Positions 13,329 through 24,846 of a stretch of 64,000 nt of DNA are shown in pieces. A model generated the notes under the pieces. That model ran no database searches. It was not told the origin of the DNA and saw only the letters and a program-made list of their open reading frames with translations. The stretch lies in assembly GCF_002105155.1 (NCBI RefSeq), contig NW_019028981.1, positions 930,001-994,000 of the forward strand. The letters are read 5' to 3'. The translations under genes were made by a program, and so were the position numbers. The stretch is from Lobosporangium transversale (taxonomy: Eukaryota). Numbering within the stretch: position 1 is the stretch's first letter; the number at the start of each line of letters is the position of its first letter.

Positions 13329-14812
13329 ATGATAATCATGTCAAGATTGAAACTGCATCAGACTTTACTGATCGCCCTCATCTTCGCTTGTTTTATACTC
13401 TCCCCTGGTTCCACTGCCAGCCCTGTTAATGCTGTTGCAGTCGCTCAGAATGATGGAAATCTAGAACGTGTAAGAATTGAATTTTTTTAATTATTCCGAA
13501 TACAATTCTCCATCAGAGATCATGATCACAAACAGGAACACAGGAGCACGTATACAGCACGGCGCGTCATCAATCATAAACTGACCAGAATATTAATTGT
13601 CAATGCTTGCCTTTCTTTTTCCCTTTCTCTCTTTTTCTCTTCTTACGGTGGCCGCACCTATTCTGGATGCATATTTGATATTAGTATCCTCTGGACTTTG
13701 GAGATAACTTTGAGGGCGCCTCAGGATCGTATCAAAGTCAAGAAGTGCCACCAGGGCGCCATAAAAATGTAGATGAATTTAGCAACTACGACGCTGGCGA
13801 AGAGAACCCCATTGATCCTTCGCAGCGACTTGGTGGAATTGACTTCAGCTCAGAGGAGGCTCAGTCCTTCTTCCTCTCGCTCGCCATGATTGTTGTATCG
13901 GAGATTGGTGACAAGACCTTTCTCATTGCTGCCATCATGGCTATGAAACACCCTCGTCTCCTCGTCTTCTCAGCCGCTCTTTCAGCTCTCGCTATCATGA
14001 CAGTCCTCTCTGCAGCCTTTGGCCACGCAGTTCCAAACCTCATTCCAAGGACATATACCAATTATCTGGCTGCATTGCTCTTCTTCTGTTTTGGTATCCG
14101 CATGTTCTATGATGGATACCACATGACCGAAGAAGATGCTAAGCATGAGCTCGAGGAAGTTACGCAGGAACTGCAGGATAAGGAGGATCTCGAGTTGTTG
14201 CAACGTGCAGAGGCTGGATCGGCCAATGCAGATGGGAATGCTCAGGACAATGACGTTGCACCGCCCAAAACTCGCTCCAGGAAACAAGAATCATCTGGCT
14301 TGATCAATTTGTTCCAGCTCTTGTTCTCACCTGTCTTTGTCCAAACTTTTGTCATGACATTCTTGGCAGAGTGGGGTGATAGATCCCAAATCGCTACCAT
14401 TGCTTTAGCTGCTGCACATGTACGTCTGTTCCCCATTTTTTTTTTTTTTTTTTTTTTCTTTTTGTTAATGACATAATCAATATAGTCAACCTTAGTGAAA
14501 AACAACATGGATTACGATGACCTTTCTCTTTTTTTTTATGGCTAGAACATGACCTGGGTCTCTATTGGTGCCGTATTTGGCCATTCACTCTGCACAGGGG
14601 TCGCCGTCATTGGAGGAAGGATGCTGGCATCTCGGATCTCCGTCCGGACTGGTAAGTATTCAAAAAAAAAAAAAAAAAAAAAAAAAAAGTTAATTATGAA
14701 ACTTTGTTCATAACGCCTATTTTGTTTTCTAATCTTAGTGACCTTGGCCGGAGCTGTCGTATTTGAACTCTTTGCTATTGTTTCGCTCTATGAAGCATAT
14801 TACGATGTATAA
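13329..14812 (+). CDS. GDT1: GDT1/TMEM165 (UPF0016) Ca2+/Mn2+ transporter with N-terminal signal-like peptide; exons 13329-13469, 13685-14419, 14546-14651, 14739-14812
   Basis: Both UPF0016 signatures (SEIGDKT, AEWGDRSQ), GHSLCTGVAVIGG, hydrophobic exon 1; GT-AG introns in phase. Start could be 13338. Confidence 0.92.
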
Positions 14813-15157
14813 GCTAGAAATACCATCTCTATTTGTCTGATTGCCTGTCTGTATCTCTTCTCTGTCTGTTTCTGTCTCTTTCTGTCTCTCTTTTTCTTTT
14901 CATCTTTCTTATTTTATCAACTTTTTAGCAGCTTCTTTAAAATGCCAAATGTACTACTACCTGTTATGCGTAGCTATACATCCCATATTATTTATCAAGT
15001 ATTTTTCCATCATTGTCAAAAATAGTATTTATTACTCAATTGAAAGAGCCACTTCAAAATTGTTACTCAGGAAAATTCCATCTCTTTTGCTTTTATTCAG
15101 AAAGAAAAGAAATAGAAGAGAAGAAGAATATAAAAATCTATATGTATTTGTTGTAAA

Positions 15158-17226
15158 TCAGCCACGTCGAGCAAGCACAGCCGTATAGTTGGAATAGAGA
15201 ACATCCATAAACTGAGGATCGTTTTGAAGCAAACCCAGAAATTGCTGTGTAAATTCAGCCTTGGATAGTACCTCTGATTCTTGACCCATAAATCCACGCT
15301 GTTGCTGCTGCATGAATCCAACAGCACCCATGGCTGCATGCATAGCATCTGCTGGGAAATTTAGTGCTGCCTGAGGGGGTGGTGGCGGAGGTATACCCAT
15401 AGGGTGACCTGGATGGTGCTGGAACGAAAGAGGAGGGGGCGGTGGCGGACGCATCATTGGTCCACCCTGCATTGGAGGCATCACCAAAGGTGATGGCATC
15501 ATGCCTGGGGAATATGCGAACGTCGGCCCCTGTAATGGTGATGGATGCGACATCACACCATTGGGTCGGTTTAACATAGTTGTAGTTGTAATGGCCCCAG
15601 GAGATGGATGCGAACTAGATAGCTGTTGATGGCCTGCTTGGCCTCCTGTAGACATCTTGGTAGTATTGGAGTAAAGACCATTAGGCATGACAGATGCTGG
15701 TAGAAGTTCTGCGGAAAGAGGAGGACCACTCTGGCGAATTGCATTACGGTCCAATGTTGGCGACTTCTTTCCGGTTCCTGTCAATGAACTAAGCAATGAT
15801 GATTGCGTCGAATCTTTGCCTATATCCTGGGATTTAGGCTTTGGGGAGGAAAGTGACGCGTCTAAGAATTTAGAAGGCTTGCTTTCATCCTTGGATATGA
15901 TTGCTAGAAGAAACGAGGGTATTTCATTTTTATCCAATGATTCTTCAGAATGTCCTGCAGTTCCTCCTGTAGCCATTGGCTTGATTTCATGTTGCGCGCT
16001 AGAAGATGAATGTGTAATTACGTTTTTAGCTGACGACTGCTGGTCCTGATGTTGTGATGGTACCCCTGAGACCTCCGATACTCTTGCTTTAGACATGGCT
16101 TCACTGAGCATTCTAGTTAAAGGATCCATAGAGGCTGCCTGCAAAGGCGCCGAGGAATCCTTAGTTTGTTGCGATATCTTTTGCTCGACTGGATGTTCCT
16201 TAGATGTTGTCAAGGAGGGTGCAGCACATTGCTTTACAGCGTAGTGTGAATCCTCATCCTTGGCCTTTTTACAGCAACTAGGGAGTATTTTCATGAAGAT
16301 GAAGGGGAGGGGGTTTTAGGTAAAGTCAGGAATGATAGATATCATGAAACTGCTAAAGGCTCTTGCAACAAGAGTTGGCATGATATTAATCCTGTGAAGA
16401 TTGCGACATACTCCAAGAGCTTTTCACCGATCCTATCTCGATCTGCCGGTTCATAGATCCAAATGCCATGAATATCTATACAAAATAGAACAAAACCATG
16501 ATAGGATGATAAAGGGAAAGAGCGTAAGTATGCATAACAAGCAGGATCGAAAATAAGAAGTTCTCTCTGAACTGTGGCATTTACAAAATTGAAGTGCTGA
16601 GGTGACAAAAAAAAGAAAAAAAAAAAAAAAGCTCATGCCTTTATCATCACGGTAGATAATATAATCAGAGGTCAGTTGCAGAGCCATGTCGCCAACGAGA
16701 TCAGCCATCAAATTATCAAGGCCAAGGCGATTCATAATGAAAAATCCATAGGTTGGAGGTGAAGACCTGTTCATTATGATAACAAGAAGAATGAATAATT
16801 GTAATATCGAGACCAGCCATTTATCAATAAAAATTGACATATGGAAACAGAACAGCTCACCTCTTGAAGACAAACATTGTTCCTTCGACACCTTTTTTTG
16901 TCTGCAGCAGATGAGCACATATTTCCACATAATCAAATTATATTGGGCACAGCACAAGGTAGTCAGACGATAAAGTAGTAACCAGGATGGAGAAGCAGGA
17001 GCAGGAGCAGGAACGAGTGAGGAAGAGTAGTGCATTGAGATAACAACGCGCGAGGAAGAGTGAAGTGTACTCATCGATGAAAACGAGCTCTCGTTACCCA
17101 TGCTTGTGAGTCCTCGTCAAACTTATAGACGACAACATAACTGGAGCTGTCGAGAATGTCAGAGATGTGCGGGTCATGCCGCTGAAGCACGCTCAGGTTA
17201 ACAGCCTTGCGGGCAGATTTGTTCAT
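15158..17226 (-). CDS. DCP1: mRNA decapping coactivator Dcp1 (EVH1 domain, long low-complexity region, C-terminal helical domain); exons 17226-17098, 16901-16861, 16766-16639, 16475-16412, 16277-15158
   Basis: NLSVLQRHDPHISDIL...YVVVYKF...WTKKGVEGTMFVFKR...YGFFIMNRL...IHGIWIYE is the Dcp1 EVH1 pattern. Intron 3 is modelled with a GC donor. Confidence 0.9.
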
Positions 17227-17524
17227 GATGGAAAAGAAAAAGAGTGAAAAATCAAAGGGCTGATGGATGATGTCCAATGTTAAAGTGATCGAGCCAATGT
17301 CAATGTTAATATCCGCTCTGCAGGAATGAAGAGAGATGGAGTTGGAGAGATGAAAAAAAAAAAAAAAAAAAAAAAGAGCTAACATTTTTTAGCCCTTTCT
17401 CTTTTCAACCTTCTCTCCTTAATCGCTCGCTTGCTCATCTTCTCAACTCCATATTGTTGAATCCTCACCAAGGAAAGGTGACCAATCTGGCTATACAAGC
17501 CACCATAACGAACAGACACCTGCA

Positions 17525-18536
17525 ATGGCGGCTACAATAAATCCCTATAGTAGCAAACCCAGAATACACCTTGTTGGATCAGAAGCTCTCGTATGGGATA
17601 TCCAAGGTAAATATCGTGATGACCATTTTTATTTTTGATGGACAGCCGTATTTAGTCCCATCATGACACATCATCTTATGATTATTGTTAGATGTCCGAA
17701 AACTGCGGCAAACATACAGGATCGTGGGTTCGTTAACAGGATCTTTAGCCCGTAGTCCAATGCAGAATATCTTCCAGGGCCTTCCACTCCGGTTATTGCC
17801 AGAGGAAGTGTACGTCCTCCGGAGCCGCGATCTTGTTGATCTAGTTGATGAAAACCGTTCTTATAATGTGTCTGATTCTGCACCAAGACCTGATGGATTT
17901 CAAGCTAGCAATCTGATAGCCCCTGCTGCTAATAACTTGATGTCTGCTACGAGGAGCACCAGTAGCGATAATAGTAGAAATAACAATAATAATAATGCTT
18001 CAGAGTGTGCCCATCTCTATCTTCACACGCTATCAGACTGCCTTCCTTATTACAAGCCCATATCCCCTACCGAGATGTCTGTCTCATGGACTTACCCCAA
18101 TACAACAAGGCAACAACAAAAAGTCGCTATATTTATGCATCTTTGGGAAACGCACAAGTTCTTCCTTGCTCCAGGAATGAAGTTTGGGGGCGACTATCTA
18201 CTTTACAAAAATGACCCATTGGTGTGTCATGCCGATTTGATCGCATCTGTCGTCCAATGTTCTAACCAATCACTGCCTTTAGTTGACCTGGCGACGCATG
18301 CGCGACTTGCCACTACGGTCCAGAAGCAGCACTTGATATGTTGCTGCCCTTCTACTACTGCTGACACTACAACTAATGTGGGTAAGATCTATGAACCACA
18401 TGAGTATGAAAAAGCCAAAGAAACAAGTACGATCAATTCAAGTCCAGAGTTATGGCCACACGTTAGCCCTCCTGCACTCCCAGTTCCGAATAAGGGCCAT
18501 ATCATGATGTTTGTGGTAGAATGGGCTGGCTTTTAG
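17525..18536 (+). CDS. SEN34: tRNA-splicing endonuclease catalytic subunit Sen34; exons 17525-17606, 17692-18536
   Basis: VGSLTGSLARSPMQNIFQGLPLRLLPEE N-terminal block; PGMKFGGDYLLYKNDPLVCHA and RLATTVQK carry the Tyr/His/Lys catalytic residues. Confidence 0.9.
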
Positions 18537-18615
18537 CCCACAGAACCCTTCCCATTTAAAGCTTTATTTTTTAAGAAAATAAATCTAAAATCGACACGAT
18601 AGTAATGAAAACCGC

Positions 18616-20715
18616 TTAGCACGATAGCCTTCTCTCGATGCGTGTTATATCCAGCAGCGCTGCTGCTGACACTGACGCTGACATTGATTGAGGCTGTTTT
18701 GTTGTATTGACAATCGCAGTGGTGAAGCTTTCAAAAGGATCAGCAGTACCTTCGACAACTTTCTTGAAGGTATGAATCTGCGAAGCGATAACAATCCGGT
18801 TGATCGACGGCCAATGTTGTTCAAACCATCTATTCATAGATTCGCAAGTCCTTAGCCTCTTATGGCCATCCACTTCTGATCCTGCAATCGAGAACTCTCT
18901 CAGCCTCTTGAGTGATGCTAACATCTCGACGCCAGCGCCGAGTTGTAGCCGTAGAAAGGATGGTGAACGGATATCGAGGACTTGTAGTTGGGTTTGTAAA
19001 GATAGCTGGCTGTACACAATCTGTTCTGCCCAAGCGATCGAGTGATGATTATCGCTGCTGCTGATGACATCAGTATGAGCATGATTGTAATAGCCATTGC
19101 CGTTATTGTTATTGATGCTACTGGTGTTGTTTCCCTCGCCCTGTGATCCTGGAGCGATTCCGAATGCGAGCGACAATGTTTCAAGGCCTGTGCAGCCCCA
19201 AGGCTGAAGCTTTCTTCCCTTTAATGGATCCTCAACCATATCCTCTACCTGCAGGACTACTCCATGAGCACGAAGATGGCGTAGCCCTATGCAAGACCGC
19301 AAAAAGGCTTGCAAGGTCTTACTATAGATCTTGCCAGAGCTTGCTTGATGAAGATCCAACCTCGTCAACCGAGGGCAAAACTGCAGCAGAGCCATAAGGC
19401 CTGCATCTCCAAATTGAAAGGACTCTATTCCCTGATGTATAAACGTTGGAAGTTGGCACACGGGATCTTTCAAGTATTTGCATATGCTATCATTTCCATC
19501 GGCGCTGTAGTTGAGCATATCCGCGTGACTAGATGGACGTTTCCGTTGCCCCGAAACATCATTAATAATAGTAAAAGCATGCGTCTCAATGTCGCGTAAA
19601 GGCGATATTTGACCATATTCGGTCATTGCGAATGACTCGAGCTCAGGACATTGTGCAAGAATGGATATCAAATGGACACCTGTCAAAGCCCGGATATCCA
19701 ACTCAAGTGATTTGAGCTTTAGAGGCGGCCTTGATTGTCTCGGCTCTTGTTGCTGAAAGTTGGTTTCTCCCGTGACATGCGATTGTGGTATTGGCATTGT
19801 ATAGAGGACAATTTGAGCATTGGTACGTATAGAGCAATGTTCTAAATTTGGTGACACTCCGAGCAGATTATCTAACAGCAGGGTCTCCCGTTTCACGTAG
19901 TTCGTATTCTTAAGACTAAGGTGTTTCAGGGGGATACGGGACCTCTGGATTGTCTTAAGCAACAAGGTCAATTCAAAAGGCCCATCTAACACGAGCGTCC
20001 TCAACGAGAACGCATTTTCGAAACACAGTTGATGCAATGTTTCAGTAGTTGGAAAGGAGACCACCGATGGGTCCTGGTGAATTGGCCGTCCTGGACCTGA
20101 TAATGATTGCATGTTGTTCGTCAGGAATATGGGCGCAGCAGCAACAGTCTGCGACATGGACTTTGGTTGTGTAAAGCTGCCGTTCAGAAGCCTTCCTGAT
20201 ATAGTACTCATCATCACCTTGGGACCAAATGCCCTATATATGGAGACGGGAGGCGCTAAAGAAGCAGAAGGGAAATGAGAAGGAGAAAGATCATGCTGTG
20301 AAACCCTGGTGACATGATGTAACTCCCACCAGTCTGCGTACTTCCATTGAAGTGAGTGGACTAAATTCAAGTTTTTACGCAGACTCTTCAAAAAATCAGG
20401 CTGGTGCCTGCTTTCCGAAATAGTAATGGATTGCCAGAGAACCGAGTTGAAAATTGCATACCAAGCAGATGAGACTAAGGTGCAGGCATTAAGGTCATGC
20501 AAGGTGAGAAAGGAAGAGATGTGAAGAAGGATCTCAGGTATCTCGAGGGCCCTGAACGTCGGGTAAATGTACGAGGAAGTGATTACGGTCCTTATCGACG
20601 TAGGTATCGATGGGGATCCTATTGACAAGGGCGCTGACGAGGGTGATGATAGTCTATTGACAAGGTTGTCTTCGGTATTGGAAGTAAATCTGCCAGCAAG
20701 GAGATCTTCTGGCAT
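18616..20715 (-). CDS. F-box / RNI-like LRR protein (intronless)
   Basis: F-box-like ALEIPEILLHISSFLTLHDLNACTLVSSAWYAIFNSVLW, then LRR-like units (CPELESF, CPRLTRLDL, WGCTGLETLSL, LASLKRLREF). Confidence 0.8.
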   Translation of the reverse strand: MPEDLLAGRFTSNTEDNLVNRLSSPSSAPLSIGSPSIPTSIRTVITSSYIYPTFRALEIPEILLHISSFLTLHDLNACTLVSSAWYAIFNSVLWQSITISESRHQPDFLKSLRKNLNLVHSLQWKYADWWELHHVTRVSQHDLSPSHFPSASLAPPVSIYRAFGPKVMMSTISGRLLNGSFTQPKSMSQTVAAAPIFLTNNMQSLSGPGRPIHQDPSVVSFPTTETLHQLCFENAFSLRTLVLDGPFELTLLLKTIQRSRIPLKHLSLKNTNYVKRETLLLDNLLGVSPNLEHCSIRTNAQIVLYTMPIPQSHVTGETNFQQQEPRQSRPPLKLKSLELDIRALTGVHLISILAQCPELESFAMTEYGQISPLRDIETHAFTIINDVSGQRKRPSSHADMLNYSADGNDSICKYLKDPVCQLPTFIHQGIESFQFGDAGLMALLQFCPRLTRLDLHQASSGKIYSKTLQAFLRSCIGLRHLRAHGVVLQVEDMVEDPLKGRKLQPWGCTGLETLSLAFGIAPGSQGEGNNTSSINNNNGNGYYNHAHTDVISSSDNHHSIAWAEQIVYSQLSLQTQLQVLDIRSPSFLRLQLGAGVEMLASLKRLREFSIAGSEVDGHKRLRTCESMNRWFEQHWPSINRIVIASQIHTFKKVVEGTADPFESFTTAIVNTTKQPQSMSASVSAAALLDITRIERRLSC

Positions 20716-20908
20716 GGCAAAAAAGCTGGATCTTATTTATGCGTGGGAACACGTTTCTCTGAGGTGGATATGCAGGACAAGGAGGCAATAATGCAATGTA
20801 GACGAGCTGAAGGATGCGAAGCAGTAGGGGGGGAGGTTGTAAAATGAATTGCGTCTGTTCGTTACTGTTAGGATGAGTGAGTTTGTCAGAGGAAAAGGAG
20901 GCAGAGGA

Positions 20909-20939
<31 letters not shown>

Positions 20940-21411
20940 AATTTCATATTGAATTGCTCAAAAATGCTCACTATGCATTGTTACAATTTTAGCAACATCC
21001 TGCAAAATCAGGGACGTTTCCGAAGTAACGACATTGCACATGGTAGAGAGACATGTTCGATTATGTACTCTATTTGTGCTCTGGAAAGATTAAGTTCAAA
21101 TTAACTCTAGTCTAATGTAACATGTAAAAAGGAATCAGCTCAGGCCCTGTTTTGATTTCAACCTGCCGTTGGAAGGGTGATCAATGTGCTGTATGCTCCA
21201 TAAGCTACATCTCGACCACAGATATGCGTCGCATCAGTGGATGGAAAAGTCGGATTTTATTAGCAAACTCATTTTGAGCTTCTGATATACGATGGTGTTT
21301 AATTAATGAATGCGAGAATATTTAATTGGTTTTCTAATGGAATAGATATGCTTTACATTGTGCACGCGTTCTTACTTATAGTTTCTATAGCTGGGGGCTG
21401 AAATGAACGTT

Positions 21412-24400
21412 TTAATGCGTTTTAGCTTGGGTCTGCTTATTCCTACAAGGCCGCGTCTTAATATCCTCTAATGCCGTGGACTTGATATGTGCAGGCATCA
21501 GTGGATTATGGTGGGCGCTATCGCGAAGACGATCAGCCAGATCACGGATTGAGCCACTAGTAATATACTTGGCACTAGCGCCCATCGGCATTATGCGTTT
21601 CTGCAGCATAGCTTTAAGTTCTGCCCGCATAGCTTTGAGGTTGTTCTTACGAGCCGTCATGGCCGAGTTGTCTTCTTCTTTATCCTTTGATTTTGGCCCC
21701 GCATTCAGCATATCCTCATCCACAATAATGTCCATAGCCTCAGCAGACTTGAGCATCCAATCATCTTGATGTGCAGCCTAAAGGAAAAGTCATGATCCCC
21801 ATGCAGCAAGCAATGTAACGTATCATATTTAACTGATTAGTTCGTAGCATGACTTACATTTAACAGCCCATGTCTCTTTTTTTTTTTTTTTTTTTTTTTA
21901 CCTTCTGGATACGATGCTCTTGCTCATCAATCTTTTTGGCCAAGGCAACGCGTTTCTTCATCTCATTAATAACGCTACGGTCAATTGGGAAATCAACAAT
22001 ACCATTATCCTTCTTAAGTGTCACGCAAATCTTGCGGTATAGCTGTGCTTCATCGGGTCCACAGATCAGTAACGAAATACCCTCATTCTGAGCGCGAGCC
22101 GTACGTCCACTTCTATGAACATAGATATCGCCAGAGCGAGGGACTTGATAATGAATGACATGGTCCACCATCGGGATATCCAAACCACGCGCAGCAACAT
22201 CCGATGCAATCATCATCGCGTGAGAATTTGCCTTGAATCGTTCTAGGTTCTTGAGACGCTGTCGCTGCTGCATCTGAGCATGCATACCCAAGGCTTCAAT
22301 ACCCAACAATTGCATCATCGGTGCCAGATGACGGATTGCATCAATAGAGTTGACAAATACGAGTGTGCGACCAGGATACTTCGTCGCAAAGTAATACAAG
22401 TAGAGATCCTTCTCTGTCGTTAGACAATCAATTTTAGCCTCCAAAAGTGTCGAGGCCACGATCTTGTCTGTAACAATATTAACAAGTGCCGGTGATTCAT
22501 CGTGGAACTCAATCCTGTTCATCAGATCCTCCATTGTACCTTCGCCACTTTGCTCTGCTGATTTGGCTTGATTCTTCTTCTTTGAAAGATTCAAGCTGAG
22601 CTCTTTGCTCAGGGTTGCAGTGAAGATGAAAGTTTGGCGGTTGTGTTCATAATCCGTCTGAGCGACTGTTTTTGACACTACAACCCCGTTTGTATTATCT
22701 TGTGAACCCTCGTCCGTGACGGCGTGCTGCTCCCAATCGCTGGTCCTTTCACGCTTGCGTTCAAGCAGCTTCAAGATATTGGATAGTTCCTGGAAATGTC
22801 CAGACTCCAGCATACGATCTGCTTCGTCCAGGACTAGAAATCGGGTATGAATGAGTCGATCCGAATAGACGGTGTTGGTCGAGATTAATTCCCAAAGACG
22901 CCCTGGTGTTGCAACAATAATGGCAGGATTGCGATCCAGTTGACGAACCTGTTTTTGGATCGACATGCCTCCGACAATAGGTACAACATGATGTCCTGTG
23001 AATTGAGTAAATGCCACCAAATGATCTTTAACCTGAATAGCCAATTCGCGTGTAGGAGTTAGGATGAGTGCTGTCAGAGATTCCTGGAGCGGAGTATTGT
23101 TTCCTACTGCAGAAGTTGCCTGTTCTGCCAAATATTGAATAATGGGAAGCCCAAATGCTAGAGTTTTACCGGAACCCTACAGACACAAGATAGATATTAG
23201 CACTCATCTCATTTGTTTGATCCGGTTGAATCATCTGGATAATGCCTATTAATACGAAAACCAAAACGTACTGTTTCTGCTACACCAATAACATCACGTC
23301 CTGCCAAGCCCAAAGGTAGGGCTTTCTGCTGGATAGGAGACGGGTTCGCGAACTTTTGCTTTTTGAGGGCATTCTGGATCATGGATGAAAAATTGTAATC
23401 CATCCAGGCAGAAATGTCAAACGCTATTTTACAATGATGTACAATCATAATGTCAGAGGCATATAACAATAAAAGATACAATACTGAGAAGGTGGGAAGA
23501 AGGATTACATGTGTCGACGCCTTCCATAGGGTCAAATGGCGCCTTGGGTTCCTCTTGAGCCTTGAGGGTTGCCTTGGCTGCCTTTTTTGCTGCTTGCCTA
23601 GCCTTCAATGCTTCTACCTTGAGACGCTGCTTCTCTTTCCTGTCAAGTTTTTTTTGTCCCTCATCTCCCGAATGCTCCGTGTTCTTCGCTATGGAGGTGT
23701 CAGCCAGGCCGTTCTGTCCGGTTCTAATAGGCCCATCAGTCTCTTTCTCAACAGCTTTCGGATCATTAGCATCCTTTTTTTGACCTTTCTTTTCTTTTAC
23801 TGACTCGGCTTTGCTTTCTGGCTTGGATGGTTTACTGCATACATCTAAGTTTGAGTCTGTCTTCAGATGCTGCTCAGTTTCTGGTTCATTCATAGCCGTA
23901 TCTACATTCTGTATCTCCTGTCCCTTTTGGTGCATTAGAAGATCCTCGTCAAATGTATCGATGTCATAATAAATCTCATTATCGCCAACATTTAATGGTT
24001 CTGAGTGTCTCACGCTTTTGCCTTTACCAGCTGCCGCCTTTTTAGGATCATGCTGACAGAAGTGTAAAAACAACATTCCAGAAAATTTAGTACAGTTAAA
24101 AGACAAAAGTCTACTTTAATGACTTTAACCAAAGTAGAGATCCATACCTTGAAGACAATAGTTCTCCCAGTCTCTTCTGTCCCTTGATAGTCGACCTCTA
24201 CACCATCCAACTCCTCTAGACATAAAAACCCTTCTGTGTCGTCCATGAACATACCCTCGGTATCCACAGGAGTCCAACCCCAATCGTCCAACTTTCCGTA
24301 GTCTGCAGTAACAAATTGGCCCCCTTGCTTGGATTTTTTCGATCCTTTATTTTTTAAGTCCTTGCTATTTTTCCGTGGCTGATCTTGTTTCTTGATATTA

Positions 24401-24846
24401 GTTGTTGCTGTCTTATTCTGGTCATGCTGATTCTTCTTCTTGCTAGAAGACGCTACAGGCTTGTTGATGATAGGGTCGATCTCGGATGCCGCGGGTAATG
24501 CCGGCACATCAAAGAGCGAAATCCTGTTCCAATTTTTTTCATCTTCATTCAGAGGGCGTGCGATCTCATGACGGGCACGTTTACGCTGTGATTTTGACGG
24601 CTCTTTCTTGACCTCTGCTTGTTCAACTGCAGTGCCTGTGATTATGCTACTATTCTCACCGTTTTCATCATCTGGACCATTGTTATCATGACTGCTCTCT
24701 TGGACTGCAGAGGAAGCCATCTTTTTCCTCTTTGCGTTTGAGCGTTTTTGTGAAGGAGCTGTCGAAGTCTGAGCACTATTACTAATCTCAATCGGGGAGA
24801 TAGCAGTCTCTTTGACGCTAGCTTTGTCTTGTACAATCCAGGTCAT
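21412..24846 (-). CDS. MAK5: DEAD-box RNA helicase Mak5/DDX24 (60S biogenesis); exons 24846-24148, 24052-23509, 23423-23272, 23176-21902, 21777-21412
   Basis: Q motif FANPSPIQ, AETGSGKT across an intron, PTRELA, TPGRL, LDEADRML, ARGLD, HRSGRTAR; Mak5-like GFLCLEELDGV in the N-terminus. Start codon uncertain. Confidence 0.88.

Noticed and set aside
5514..14812. Three consecutive ion transporter genes (PHO84, NIPA, GDT1) as a functional cluster
   Set aside because: Unrelated housekeeping families, and no shared motif is evident; it would need synteny conservation, which I cannot test.
22615..22625. MAK5 motif III reads TAT rather than SAT
   Set aside because: Conservative substitution; not evidence of altered function.
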